The notes below the pieces were generated by a model. The model was not told the DNA's origin and ran no database searches. It saw nothing but the letters and a program-made list of their open reading frames with translations. The translations under genes and the position numbers were made by a program. A DNA stretch of 64,000 nt from a phage. Positions 43,102 through 53,336 of this stretch are shown here, piece by piece; position 1 is the stretch's first letter, and each line of letters begins with the position of its first letter. The DNA is taken from the sequence record PZ357121.2. One strand, 5' to 3'.

Positions 43102-43748
43102 TCAACTTTCCTCATTTTACAATTATCACCATGCCAACGTTTATAAGGCGCAGGTTTACATTCTATACCGCAGTATTGGCATATCTTATTATGAGTATTT
43201 AAGTATCCTAATCTCATGTTTTCCTTTTCTTCAGGAGTTCTATTTCGTCCTGTAAGAGTATTTTTTATTTTGTCTCTAATCTCTTTGGGCATTATCCTGC
43301 CTCGGCCTGCTTTACCTATTTTAGCTTTATGCTCTTCGGATAATTTCTTACCCTTCTTAGCTAAACTCATTTTCTTTTTAGATTCTTCGGAAATAGGACC
43401 TAATTTTCTACCTCTGGATGAATCGCCTATTCTTTTTCGCACATCAATAGAACGGCCTCGTCCTCCCTTTCCTCCTAGGTCTATATTATATGTATCTTCT
43501 CTATCCACAAAAGATTGATCAACTAATTCTGCTTCCTTTTGGAAAGCCATTTCTTCATTTAGTAATTCGTCACCGGTATCATACACATATAATACTTCTT
43601 TTACAAAATTATCTAATCCGTATTTAGCATGGGCTTTTAAGATAATTTTACCTGTTCCTTTATAAGAATCATCCGGATTATTAGTTTTATGAACACCTAT
43701 ATAAATTTTATTATTTACGATGTTAGTTATTTTATATACAGTATACAT
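43098..43748 (-). CDS. free-standing GIY-YIG homing endonuclease (Seg-like) between genes 4 and 2
   Basis: 216 aa; canonical GIY-YIG N-terminus [21 protein letters not shown]; NUMOD3 repeats; C-terminal zinc finger CQYCGIECK...HGDNCK. Confidence 0.75.
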   Translation of the reverse strand: MYTVYKITNIVNNKIYIGVHKTNNPDDSYKGTGKIILKAHAKYGLDNFVKEVLYVYDTGDELLNEEMAFQKEAELVDQSFVDREDTYNIDLGGKGGRGRSIDVRKRIGDSSRGRKLGPISEESKKKMSLAKKGKKLSEEHKAKIGKAGRGRIMPKEIRDKIKNTLTGRNRTPEEKENMRLGYLNTHNKICQYCGIECKPAPYKRWHGDNCKMRKVE

Positions 43749-43749
43749 A

Positions 43750-44199
43750 TCATCCCTTATATCCTAAACGACGTAAACCGTCTTCTGTGAGAATTCTGAA
43801 TTTTATATTTCTCTTTTCTGCGACAGCAGAAGCAGCTTTCCATTTATCACAGTTCACAGACCACACGTAGATCTCGTTCATATAACGTTTCTTTGCTGCG
43901 GTCGTAAGATTTGCAGGCTTAATAGGTGGCTGAGTTTCTTTCTTTGGTTTTATTTCTACAAAGAACTCTTGACCTGATGCATCTTTCATCCATATGTCCA
44001 TATAGTATCGACGTTTCTTACCTTCGGCATTACAAAAATATGGAATTACTGCTGTTTCACTACCCCATGCAATAATTTCTGGATTTTTATCTAACCATTC
44101 GAAAAAGAATTTTTCCCAGTTTGAACGATACGTTATTTTGGTATGGTCTCCACGGTATTTTTTTAAATTTTTTGGGACCCATTTACCAGAGTAGGCCAT
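43750..44199 (-). CDS. 4: head completion protein gp4
   Basis: ORF track 43750..44343; ATG at 44197-44199 (MAYSGKWVPKNLKKYRGD) with GGAGGA upstream gives 149 aa, matching T4 gp4 length and N-terminus. Confidence 0.8.
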   Translation of the reverse strand: MAYSGKWVPKNLKKYRGDHTKITYRSNWEKFFFEWLDKNPEIIAWGSETAVIPYFCNAEGKKRRYYMDIWMKDASGQEFFVEIKPKKETQPPIKPANLTTAAKKRYMNEIYVWSVNCDKWKAASAVAEKRNIKFRILTEDGLRRLGYKG

Positions 44200-44210
44200 G
44201 TTGTCCTCCT

Positions 44211-44218
44211 TATAAATA
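44211..44218 (+). promoter_or_regulatory. T4 late promoter TATAAATA upstream of gene 53
   Basis: exact TATAAATA about 43 nt before the gene 53 start, in the divergent 4/53 intergenic region. Confidence 0.6.
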
Positions 44219-44260
44219 GTATTATTATTTATACCAATTTCATATTGGAAGGAGACTATC

Positions 44261-44836
44261 TTGTTATTTACATTCTTCGACCCAATAGGATACAGTGCTA
44301 AAACAGTTAATAAGAATGCACCTACTATTCCTATGACAGACATATTTCGTAACTATAAAGAGTACTTTAAGCGTGTTGCTGCCAATTATAGATTACGTTC
44401 TTATTATATTAAAGGCTCTCCGCGTCCTGAAGAACTAGCAAACATAATTTATGGCAACCCTCAATTATACTGGGTCCTTTTGATGTGTAATGACAACTAT
44501 GATCCGTATTATGGTTGGATTACATCTCAGGAAGCAGCGTATCAAGCTTCTATTCAGAAATATGCTAATGCCGGCGGCGACCAAGTTCTTTATCATATTA
44601 ATGAAAATCATGAGAAATTTTACAATTTGGTTTCATATCCAGACGAGCCTTTAGTGTGGTACGATAAAGGTGATGAAGCTCGTAAGTATCCGCAATATAA
44701 AGGACCTTTAGCTGCAGTAGATACTTATGAAGCTGCAGTATTAGATAATGAAAAACTTCGTAAAATAAAAATTGTTGCAAAAGAAGATATAAACTCGTTT
44801 ATCACAGATTTGATTCGTGAGATGGAGATTGCATAA
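44261..44836 (+). CDS. 53: baseplate wedge protein gp53
   Basis: 191 aa; TTG start with GGAG upstream; position between 4 and 5. Confidence 0.75.
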   Translation: MLFTFFDPIGYSAKTVNKNAPTIPMTDIFRNYKEYFKRVAANYRLRSYYIKGSPRPEELANIIYGNPQLYWVLLMCNDNYDPYYGWITSQEAAYQASIQKYANAGGDQVLYHINENHEKFYNLVSYPDEPLVWYDKGDEARKYPQYKGPLAAVDTYEAAVLDNEKLRKIKIVAKEDINSFITDLIREMEIA

Positions 44837-46572
44837 TGGAAATGATTAGCAGTAGCCTTAATTGGTTCGTGGGTGTTGTCGAGGACAGAATGGACCCGTT
44901 AAAACAAGGGCGAGTTCGAGTTCGAGTCGTTGGTCTTCATCCGGCGCAGAGAACACAAGGTGATGTACAAGGTATTCCTACAGAAAAACTTCCATGGATG
45001 ACTGTTATTCAACCTATTACGTCTGCATCAATGTCAGGTATTGGTGGTTCTGTTACAGGTCCTGTTGAAGGAACTCGAGTATATGGTCATTTCTTAGACA
45101 AATGGAAAACAAACGGGATTGTACTTGGTACATATGGCGGAATAGTACGTGAAAAGCCTAATAGACTTGAAGGTTTTTCAGACCCGACAGGTCAGTATCC
45201 GCGACGTTTAGGTAATGATACGAACGTATTAAACCAAGGTGGTGAAGCTGGTTATTATTCGAACTCTAACGTAATTCAAGATAACAACTTGGATTACGGT
45301 ATAAACCCAGATGATACAGATTTAGCAAATATTCCAGAAGATGACGACCCTAATTTTACAATAACAGAAATGTTACGTCGTGATGAAGGTCTTCGTGATA
45401 AAGTGTATTGGGACCATCTCGGGTATCCTACAGTAGGTATTGGACACCTTATCGTAATGGAAAAGACCCGAGATATGTCTCGAATTAATAAATTGTTATC
45501 TGATCAAGTAGGGCGTGAAGTAACAGGAAATCCGGGAACTATTACATTAGAAGAAGCAACAGCGTTATTTGAGAAGGACCTTTCTAAGATGCAGAAAGAC
45601 ATTCGTTCTAATTCTAAAGTAGGTCCTGTTTATGCTAAAATGAACAGATCTCGCCAAATGGCATTAGAAAACATGTGCTTCCAAATGGGCGTTGGTGGTG
45701 TAGCAAAATTCAATACTATGCTTAAAGCAATGGCCACAGGTGATTGGAAAACCGCATACAAATCTGGACGCGATTCGTTATGGTTCCAACAGACTAAAGG
45801 GCGTGCTTCACGTGTAACAACAATTATTTTAACTGGTAACATGGAATCATATGGCGTTCCTGTTAAAACACCACCTTCACCAGGAGTTGGTGCTGATTTA
45901 GTTACTAGAAATACCGATCCAGAAGACCCAGCTGGTCCTCCTGTTCCGTTAGATTCGCGTATCCTTTTTAAAGAACCGGAATCAAGTTATCGTGGTGAGT
46001 ATCCATACGTTCATGCTATGGAAACAGAAAGTGGTCATATCCAAGAATTTGACGATACTCCAGGTAATGAACGTTATCGCTTAGTTCATCCAACAGGGTC
46101 ATATGAGGAAGTTTCTCCGTCTGGGCGTCGTACTCGTAAAACTGTAGAAGACCTTTTTGACATCACTAATGGCGATGGGAACTTCTTGATTTCTGGTGAT
46201 AAACTTGTTAACGTTGGTGCTAACGAAATATATTATAACATGGCAGACCGCCTCCATCAAATAGATGGCAATGACACAATCTTTATTCGTGGTAACCAAT
46301 CTAAAACTGTTGAAGGCGATGGAACTCTTTACGTTAAGGGTAATATCAAAATAGTTGTTGACGGAAATGCAGATATTCTTGTTAAAGGTGATGCTAAAAC
46401 TCAGGTCGAAGGGAATCATGATTACACCGTCAATGGAAACGTTAAATGGACTGTTAACGGTAATGTTGATATGACTGTTGCCGGGGATTGGGCAGAAACA
46501 ATGTCTACAATGAGCTCAGTAGCTTCAGGACAATACACAATTGATGGTAGCCGTGTGGATGTCGGGTTATAA
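44836..46572 (+). CDS. 5: baseplate central spike / cell-puncturing lysozyme gp5
   Basis: 578 aa; N-terminal OB-fold region, internal lysozyme domain (…LRRDEGLRDKVYWDHLGYPTVGIGHL…), C-terminal beta-helix VxGxxxxxx repeats. Confidence 0.9.
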   Translation: MEMISSSLNWFVGVVEDRMDPLKQGRVRVRVVGLHPAQRTQGDVQGIPTEKLPWMTVIQPITSASMSGIGGSVTGPVEGTRVYGHFLDKWKTNGIVLGTYGGIVREKPNRLEGFSDPTGQYPRRLGNDTNVLNQGGEAGYYSNSNVIQDNNLDYGINPDDTDLANIPEDDDPNFTITEMLRRDEGLRDKVYWDHLGYPTVGIGHLIVMEKTRDMSRINKLLSDQVGREVTGNPGTITLEEATALFEKDLSKMQKDIRSNSKVGPVYAKMNRSRQMALENMCFQMGVGGVAKFNTMLKAMATGDWKTAYKSGRDSLWFQQTKGRASRVTTIILTGNMESYGVPVKTPPSPGVGADLVTRNTDPEDPAGPPVPLDSRILFKEPESSYRGEYPYVHAMETESGHIQEFDDTPGNERYRLVHPTGSYEEVSPSGRRTRKTVEDLFDITNGDGNFLISGDKLVNVGANEIYYNMADRLHQIDGNDTIFIRGNQSKTVEGDGTLYVKGNIKIVVDGNADILVKGDAKTQVEGNHDYTVNGNVKWTVNGNVDMTVAGDWAETMSTMSSVASGQYTIDGSRVDVGL

Positions 46573-46575
46573 ATA
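46568..46575 (+). promoter_or_regulatory. T4 late promoter TATAAATA overlapping gene 5 stop, upstream of the segC-like gene
   Basis: exact TATAAATA 17 nt before the start at 46592. Confidence 0.5.
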
Positions 46576-46591
46576 ATTCCAGAGGTAAATT

Positions 46592-47455
46592 ATGAAGAAA
46601 TCCAAAACCATACAATTCCGTTACATTTATAAATCAACAGTAACCAACCCAAAGGGGTTGGTTCGAATATATATAGGAAAGCATGAATCCAGATATTTTA
46701 ATCTAGAGGATGATAATTACGTAGGAAGCGGGGATTATATACAAAAGATTAAAAACAAACCAGGCTATGCTATAGATTTCGAAATTATCGAATTCGTTTC
46801 AACACTCGATGTTTTAAATGAAAGAGAAAAATTTTGGATATCTGAATATAGAAAAACAGGCCAGTGTGTTAATATAAAAGACGGTGGAGATGGATTTTCT
46901 TCAAACGATTTAAAACGAATGTGGTCTAATCCTGAGTATCGAGAAACTCAACTTAAAGCTTTGGCAAAAGGAAAATCTACAAAAGAATTTTCAGAAAAAA
47001 TTTCAAAAATTAATAAACTTAGATGTTCGGAATCGGAATATCGAAAGAAAATGAGTAATGCGATGAAAACTGCTTTTGAAAATGATCCCACATTAAAAAT
47101 TCGTATTTCTAATACTGTCAAATCTTTATGGAAATCCGATGAATATAGAAACAAATTAATTAATCATCCAGGAAAAATAGAAGGAACGAAAAAATCCTGG
47201 AATAATCCTTTAATAAGAAAATCAAGATTAGATACTAGAAATAAAAAACTAAGATCAGTTGAACCTTGGATTAGTATTGAAAAAGTCAAAAAACTTTGGG
47301 AGGATTTGGGAAAACCTCATCCGCAGAAATATAAATGGTTTAGAGAAAAAGCAATTGAACATAATCTACCGGATGTAAGTTATAACGCAATTTTAAAAGC
47401 ATTGAAAAAATGTGATTATAAATTTACACCATTGGAGAATTCAGTAATTGGCTAA
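46592..47455 (+). CDS. free-standing GIY-YIG homing endonuclease, SegC-like (between 5 and 5.1)
   Basis: 287 aa; FRYIYKSTVTNPKGLVRIYIGKHE, YVGSGDY, KFWISEY; repeated W-x-N/S-x-EYR motifs. Confidence 0.7.
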   Translation: MKKSKTIQFRYIYKSTVTNPKGLVRIYIGKHESRYFNLEDDNYVGSGDYIQKIKNKPGYAIDFEIIEFVSTLDVLNEREKFWISEYRKTGQCVNIKDGGDGFSSNDLKRMWSNPEYRETQLKALAKGKSTKEFSEKISKINKLRCSESEYRKKMSNAMKTAFENDPTLKIRISNTVKSLWKSDEYRNKLINHPGKIEGTKKSWNNPLIRKSRLDTRNKKLRSVEPWISIEKVKKLWEDLGKPHPQKYKWFREKAIEHNLPDVSYNAILKALKKCDYKFTPLENSVIG

Positions 47456-47963
47456 TATACTTCCTTTAAATACCGACTTAGGAGAAGACATGGAAGGGGC
47501 GTCTATTGACGTCCTTTTTACTCCACAGTTAGAAACAACCGAAACTTTAGTGTCAATAAATATAACAGATTATGAACCGACACAAGGCATTACGGTAGAT
47601 GGTAATCGTTTATATGGAACATATGAAAGTGTGTTTAGTTTTTCTTCGGATGCATTGAAATACCGATTAAATGATGATTTTGAAACTGCATCTTCATGGG
47701 ATGATTTACCAAAAGATGAATCCACACAGTTATATTTGTGGAGAGCTCCTCAGAATCTTCGTAAAGTGTTTAGTTATACGGTTGAAATGATTTATAACTA
47801 CCAAGAAGAAAGTTCATCAGGCGATTCTAGAAGTGCCTCTGGTACAGAACCTCCACCGGCTCCAGTACAAAAAACTCTTACTAAGGTTTATACAAAAACT
47901 ATAGTAGGAAATTGGAGCAAATGGGCTCAACAATTACGAAACTATGTTTATGTGAGGCCGTGA
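47448..47963 (+). CDS. 5.1: gp5.1-like protein
   Basis: 171 aa; position between gene 5 and the PAAR protein. Confidence 0.55.
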   Translation: MANILPLNTDLGEDMEGASIDVLFTPQLETTETLVSINITDYEPTQGITVDGNRLYGTYESVFSFSSDALKYRLNDDFETASSWDDLPKDESTQLYLWRAPQNLRKVFSYTVEMIYNYQEESSSGDSRSASGTEPPPAPVQKTLTKVYTKTIVGNWSKWAQQLRNYVYVRP

Positions 47964-47965
47964 AA

Positions 47966-48259
47966 ATGTCTGGTTTAAGTTACGACAAGTGCGTTACAAC
48001 AGGTCATGAAGCATGGCCTCCTACTGTAATAAATGCTTCCCAATCTAAAGTATTCACCGGCGGTATTCCTGTTCTTGTGGCAGGAGACCAAATAACACCT
48101 CATACAGAAATTAAAAAACCATACGAGACTCATGGAGGTGTTACTGAACCTCGTACATCTAAAGTATACGTCACCGGTAAAAAGGCCGTTCAAATGGCTG
48201 ACCCAATTTCATGCGGGGATACTGTTTCTCAGGCCTCGTCAAAAGTCTTTATAAAATAG
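47966..48259 (+). CDS. 5.4: PAAR-repeat spike tip protein gp5.4
   Basis: 97 aa from ATG at 47966 ([33 protein letters not shown]...); GAGG Shine-Dalgarno; ORF track start is 18 codons upstream. Confidence 0.85.
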   Translation: MSGLSYDKCVTTGHEAWPPTVINASQSKVFTGGIPVLVAGDQITPHTEIKKPYETHGGVTEPRTSKVYVTGKKAVQMADPISCGDTVSQASSKVFIK

Positions 48260-48267
48260 GAATTAAA

Positions 48268-50241
48268 ATGGCAAACACTCCTGTAAATTATCAATTAGCC
48301 CGAACAGCGAATGCTATTCCCGAGATTTTTATCGGGGGCACATTTGCCGAAATCAAACAGAATATTATCGAATGGCTTAATGGGCAGAATGAATTTCTTG
48401 ATTATGATTTTGAAGGTTCGCGTTTAAACGTATTGTGTGACCTTTTAGCATATAACACTCTTTACATCCAACAGTTCAGTAATAGTGCAGTGTATGAAAG
48501 TTTTATGCGTACTGCAAACTTGCGTAGTTCTGTTGTACAAGCGGCTCAAGATAACGGATATCTGCCTTCATCTAAATCAGCAGCACAAACAGAAATTATG
48601 CTCACATGTACGGATGCATTAAATAGAAACTATATCACCATTCCACGCGGCACTCGTTTCTTAGCATACGCTAAAGATACTTCTGTTAACCCGTATAACT
48701 TTGTTTCTACTGAAGATGTCATTGTAGTTAAAGACAAAAATAACCAATATTTTCCACGTCTTCGATTAGCTCAAGGACGTATTGTTCGCACTGAATTAAC
48801 ATTTGATAAATTAAAACCTATCATTATTCGTGATAAGAATATTGACCGTAATTTGGTTAAGTTGTATGTTGACGGAGCAGAATGGATTAACTGGACTCGT
48901 AAGTCGATGGTTCACGCTGGTTCTACGTCAACAATCTATTATATGCGTGAAACAGTTGATGGGAACACCGAATTTTATTTTGGTGAAGGCGAAATCTCTA
49001 TTAACACATCAGAAGGTGCGTTAACATCTAACTATATTGGTGGCCTTAAACCTGTTCAGGGTTCTAAAATCGTAATTGAGTATATTTCTACTAATGGTGC
49101 AGATGCTAACGGAGCTGTAGGATTTTCTTATGCTGATACATTAGCTAATATCACGGTAATCGATATTAACGAGAACCCTAGCAATAACCCAGACTTTGTT
49201 GGGGCAGACGGTGGTGGTGACCCTGAAGATATTGAACGTATCCGCGAATTAGGCACAATTAAACGCGAAACTCAACAACGTTGTGTAACCGCTTCCGACT
49301 ATGACACATTCGTCTCTGAGCGGTTTGGTTCTATTATTCAAGCGGTTCAAACATTCACAGATTCATCTAAACCAGGGTACGCATATATTGCTGCTAAGCC
49401 TAAATCTGGATTGTATTTGACTTCTGTCCAACGTGATGATATCAAAAACTATTTGAATGATTATAACTTAGGGACTATTACACCTGTTGTTATTTCGCCT
49501 GATTATTTGTTTATCAAAATGAATATCAAAGTTACATACGCGTTGAATAAACTCCAAGAATCAGAACAATATCTTGAAGGGCAAATTATTAATAAAATTG
49601 ACCGATATTATATTGAAGATGTAGAAATTTTTAACTCATCGTTTGCAAAATCTAAAATGCTAACTTATGTCGATGATGCAGATATTTCTATTATTGGTTC
49701 TTCTGCTACTATTCAAATGGTTCGCGAAGTACAAAACTTCTATAAAACGCCTGAGGCCGGTATTAAATACAATAATCAGATTAAAGATAGATCGATGGAA
49801 TCTAATATATTCTCGTTTGATTCGCACAGACCTAATCCAGAAAATGCAAACGAAACTATTAAATACGGTGTTCGCATAGTATCTTCTGACCGTAATGACC
49901 GTGGCATAGGTCAAGTTATTATTGGTCCATTTGCAGAAGGTGATGTTGTTGAAAACGAAAATATACAACCTTATACAGGTAATGATTTTAATAAACTTAC
50001 TGTTACTGACGGACGAAACAAATACTATTCAATTGGTGAAGTGAATTATCCTGCCGATTCGATTTATTGGAACATTGCTAAAATTGACCTCACTTCAGAC
50101 CGTTTTGAAGTTCAAACAATTGAACTTTATTCCGACCCTGCAGATGATATTATTTTTACAAAGGATGGTTCTTTAATCGTATTCGAAAATGACTTACGTC
50201 CTCAGTACTTAACTATAGATTTGGAGCCTATTTCACAATGA
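48268..50241 (+). CDS. 6: baseplate wedge protein gp6
   Basis: 657 aa from ATG at 48268 (MANTPVNYQLARTANAIPEIFIGGTF). Confidence 0.9.
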   Translation: MANTPVNYQLARTANAIPEIFIGGTFAEIKQNIIEWLNGQNEFLDYDFEGSRLNVLCDLLAYNTLYIQQFSNSAVYESFMRTANLRSSVVQAAQDNGYLPSSKSAAQTEIMLTCTDALNRNYITIPRGTRFLAYAKDTSVNPYNFVSTEDVIVVKDKNNQYFPRLRLAQGRIVRTELTFDKLKPIIIRDKNIDRNLVKLYVDGAEWINWTRKSMVHAGSTSTIYYMRETVDGNTEFYFGEGEISINTSEGALTSNYIGGLKPVQGSKIVIEYISTNGADANGAVGFSYADTLANITVIDINENPSNNPDFVGADGGGDPEDIERIRELGTIKRETQQRCVTASDYDTFVSERFGSIIQAVQTFTDSSKPGYAYIAAKPKSGLYLTSVQRDDIKNYLNDYNLGTITPVVISPDYLFIKMNIKVTYALNKLQESEQYLEGQIINKIDRYYIEDVEIFNSSFAKSKMLTYVDDADISIIGSSATIQMVREVQNFYKTPEAGIKYNNQIKDRSMESNIFSFDSHRPNPENANETIKYGVRIVSSDRNDRGIGQVIIGPFAEGDVVENENIQPYTGNDFNKLTVTDGRNKYYSIGEVNYPADSIYWNIAKIDLTSDRFEVQTIELYSDPADDIIFTKDGSLIVFENDLRPQYLTIDLEPISQ

Positions 50242-53200
50242 CAGTAAAAGCGCCAGCAGTCACAAGTCTCAGAATATCCAAGTTGTCCGCTAACCAAGTT
50301 CAAATACGCTGGGATGACGTTGGTGCTAATTTCTACTATTTCGTAGAAATCGCTGAGACTAAAACAGCGGACGGTGGAATAATTCCCCCTGCCAGCTACA
50401 GATGGATAAATTTAGGATATACTCCTAATAGCAACTGGTTCGAAAATAGCTTAGACCCATTAACTTCTTATATTATTCGTGTATCAACTGCCGCTGAAGG
50501 CTTTGAGAGATCTGATTGGGTATATACCGAAATATTTGAATCATTTCAGACTAACGCGTATACATTTCAACATATGATTGAAATGCAATTGGCTAACACT
50601 TTTATTAGAGAAAAATTTACAAATAACAACATGGCTTATGTCGATTTTAATAACGACACTATAATGGCAGCTCTAATGAATGAATCGTTCCAATTTAGCC
50701 CTGCTTATGCGGATATTTCATCTATTAAAAATTTCATTATTGGCGAAAATGAGTATCATGAAATTCAAGGTTCGATTCAACAGGTGTGTCATGATATAAA
50801 CCGTGTTTATTTGATGGAATCCGAAGGAATTCTTTATTTGTTTGAACGGTATCAGCCTGTGGTTAAAGTCTCTAATGATAAGGGACAAACCTGGAAATCG
50901 GTTAAATTGTTTAATGACCGTGTAGGGTACCCTGTATCAAGAACAGTGTATTACCAGACAGATTACACCACGTATGTTCTTGGGTATGATAAATTATTTT
51001 ACGGCCGTAAATCAACTGACGTTCGTTGGTCTGCTGATGATGTGAGATTTAGTTCTCAAGATATAACATTTGCTAAAATTGGTGACCAGTTAAATTTAGG
51101 ATATGATGTAGAAATATTTGGTAACTATGCATCATTACCTGCTAACGTATCACGTATTGCAGAAGCTATCGTTTGCAATGACGATTATGTATACGTTGCT
51201 GCTCGAGATAAAGTTCGTTTTATTAAAACTAGTAATGCCCCTATTGATTCAGACCCGTTATCTCCGACGTATTCCGAACGTTTGTTTGAACAAGAAACAT
51301 TTAACATCACAGGTAACCCTAAGGCAGTTTGCTATAAAATGGATTCTGTCGGTGGTAAAATATTTGCACTGATTATCGGTGAAGTTGTTAATCTTAATGA
51401 CGACCCGAGGACCACTCCTATTGTCGATTCTGCTGATAAGGGTGTTTATGTTCTAGACCATGATGCTGGCACATTTAAACGTGTGTTTGGTAATACTGAA
51501 GAAGAACGCCGTCGTATTGAACCAGGGTACACCAGTATGTCTACTGATGGTGTTGAGTTATCTATTTCATCTAGTAATTTTAAATTTTTAGAATCGGATA
51601 TTGTTGATGACCCAAAAACACAAATCAAGTACGGTTTAATCGGTGCTGTTAAATATGAGTATCCTCGCGAATGGTTGGCTGATAAACATTATCATATGAT
51701 GGCATTTACTTCAACTGAAGACTCTCAATGGGAATCGTTCACTCCACAACCGATGGAATACTATGCCGAGCCATTCTTTAGTTATTCTAGAAAGTCTGGT
51801 ACTCGTTGTTGGATTAATAACTCAGACAAGGCTGTTGTAATTTATTCTGATTTACTTTACACTAAGGTTATTGAGAATCATCCACTTAGTTCTTCAGACC
51901 GTGAAGTTCATGAATATTGGAAGGACGGTGACTGTACAATAGTGATGCCTAACGTAGATTTCACCGGATTTAAAAAATATGCATCTGGCATGATTTTCTA
52001 TAAAGCATCAGGTGAGATTATTTCTTATTATGACTTTAGTTACCGTGTTAGAGATAATGTTTCTATAATTTGGAAGCCTACTAATATATTCTTAACAGCA
52101 TCGTTACAAAACCAAGAAAAAGATACCACATGGACTCCTGTAGAAGAGACTGGTATCGCGGACCCAGATTTACGACCATTGCTCACTACAATGATGCCAG
52201 AGTCTTATCTTTTAGATAATACAAACTTCGAAGCATTCTGCGAGGCTTATATTCAGTATCTTTCTGACGGTTATGGGACACATTATAACAACCTTTTAAA
52301 TCTTATTAAAAATCAATATCCACGCGAAGAACATGCGTGGGAATATTTATGGTCTGAGATTTATAAACGAAACATTTACTTAAACGCTGAAAAACGCGAT
52401 TTAGTGTCTCGTTTCTTTGAATCAAGAAGTTATGACTTCTATTCAACTAAAGGAACTGAAGCATCATATAAATTCTTGTTTAAAGTGCTTTATAACGAAG
52501 ATGTTGAAATTGAAATTGAATCTAGTTCCGGGACCGAATATGATATCATCATTGAATCTGATTCGTTGACAGAAGATTTGGTCGGACAAACCATATACAC
52601 CGCTACAGGACGTTGTAATGTGACGTATATCGAGAGAAGTTACTCTAAAGGTAAATTACAATGGACCGTAACAATTCACAACCTCTTAGGTCGTTTAATC
52701 CAAGGACAGGAAGTTAAAGCTGAAAGACTCCCTGGTTTTGAAGGTGAAATTGTTCGCGGTATTAAAGGTAAAGAGCTTTCTCAGAACAACATCGATTACA
52801 TAAATCGTGGTAGAGCATACTACGTAATGAAGATTAAATCTAAACTTCCGTCATCTCGTTGGAAATCAGACGTATTACGTTTTGTTCATCCGGTTGGATT
52901 TGGATTTATCGCAATTACCCTTCTCACAATGTTTATTAACACCGGATTAACACTTAAACATGTTGAAACCATTATTAATAAATATAAAAACTATAAGTGG
53001 GATTCTGGATTACCGACTAAATATGCAGACCGAGTGGCTAAATTAGACCCACAAGGAAATGTTGAGTTTGACCCTATTACAGGTAAAGCGATATATGAAA
53101 TAGGCCCTATGGCTGGTCAAGATTATCCATTGCCTGAAGATTATAACGCTGAAAACAATAACTCTGTATTTCAAGGTCAACTTCCATCGGAACGTCGTAA

Positions 53201-53336
53201 ACTGATGAGCCCATTATTTGATGCGTCCGGAACAACATTCTCTAGATTTAGAGATTTGGTTGAACAACGGTTAATCGATAATGTAGGAAATCCAAGAGAC
53301 CCCGTGAATCCACCACAGGTTAAATTAGATGAATGA
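50238..53336 (+). CDS. 7: baseplate wedge protein gp7
   Basis: 1032 aa, identical length to T4 gp7; 4-nt overlap with gene 6. Confidence 0.9.
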   Translation: MTVKAPAVTSLRISKLSANQVQIRWDDVGANFYYFVEIAETKTADGGIIPPASYRWINLGYTPNSNWFENSLDPLTSYIIRVSTAAEGFERSDWVYTEIFESFQTNAYTFQHMIEMQLANTFIREKFTNNNMAYVDFNNDTIMAALMNESFQFSPAYADISSIKNFIIGENEYHEIQGSIQQVCHDINRVYLMESEGILYLFERYQPVVKVSNDKGQTWKSVKLFNDRVGYPVSRTVYYQTDYTTYVLGYDKLFYGRKSTDVRWSADDVRFSSQDITFAKIGDQLNLGYDVEIFGNYASLPANVSRIAEAIVCNDDYVYVAARDKVRFIKTSNAPIDSDPLSPTYSERLFEQETFNITGNPKAVCYKMDSVGGKIFALIIGEVVNLNDDPRTTPIVDSADKGVYVLDHDAGTFKRVFGNTEEERRRIEPGYTSMSTDGVELSISSSNFKFLESDIVDDPKTQIKYGLIGAVKYEYPREWLADKHYHMMAFTSTEDSQWESFTPQPMEYYAEPFFSYSRKSGTRCWINNSDKAVVIYSDLLYTKVIENHPLSSSDREVHEYWKDGDCTIVMPNVDFTGFKKYASGMIFYKASGEIISYYDFSYRVRDNVSIIWKPTNIFLTASLQNQEKDTTWTPVEETGIADPDLRPLLTTMMPESYLLDNTNFEAFCEAYIQYLSDGYGTHYNNLLNLIKNQYPREEHAWEYLWSEIYKRNIYLNAEKRDLVSRFFESRSYDFYSTKGTEASYKFLFKVLYNEDVEIEIESSSGTEYDIIIESDSLTEDLVGQTIYTATGRCNVTYIERSYSKGKLQWTVTIHNLLGRLIQGQEVKAERLPGFEGEIVRGIKGKELSQNNIDYINRGRAYYVMKIKSKLPSSRWKSDVLRFVHPVGFGFIAITLLTMFINTGLTLKHVETIINKYKNYKWDSGLPTKYADRVAKLDPQGNVEFDPITGKAIYEIGPMAGQDYPLPEDYNAENNNSVFQGQLPSERRKLMSPLFDASGTTFSRFRDLVEQRLIDNVGNPRDPVNPPQVKLDE

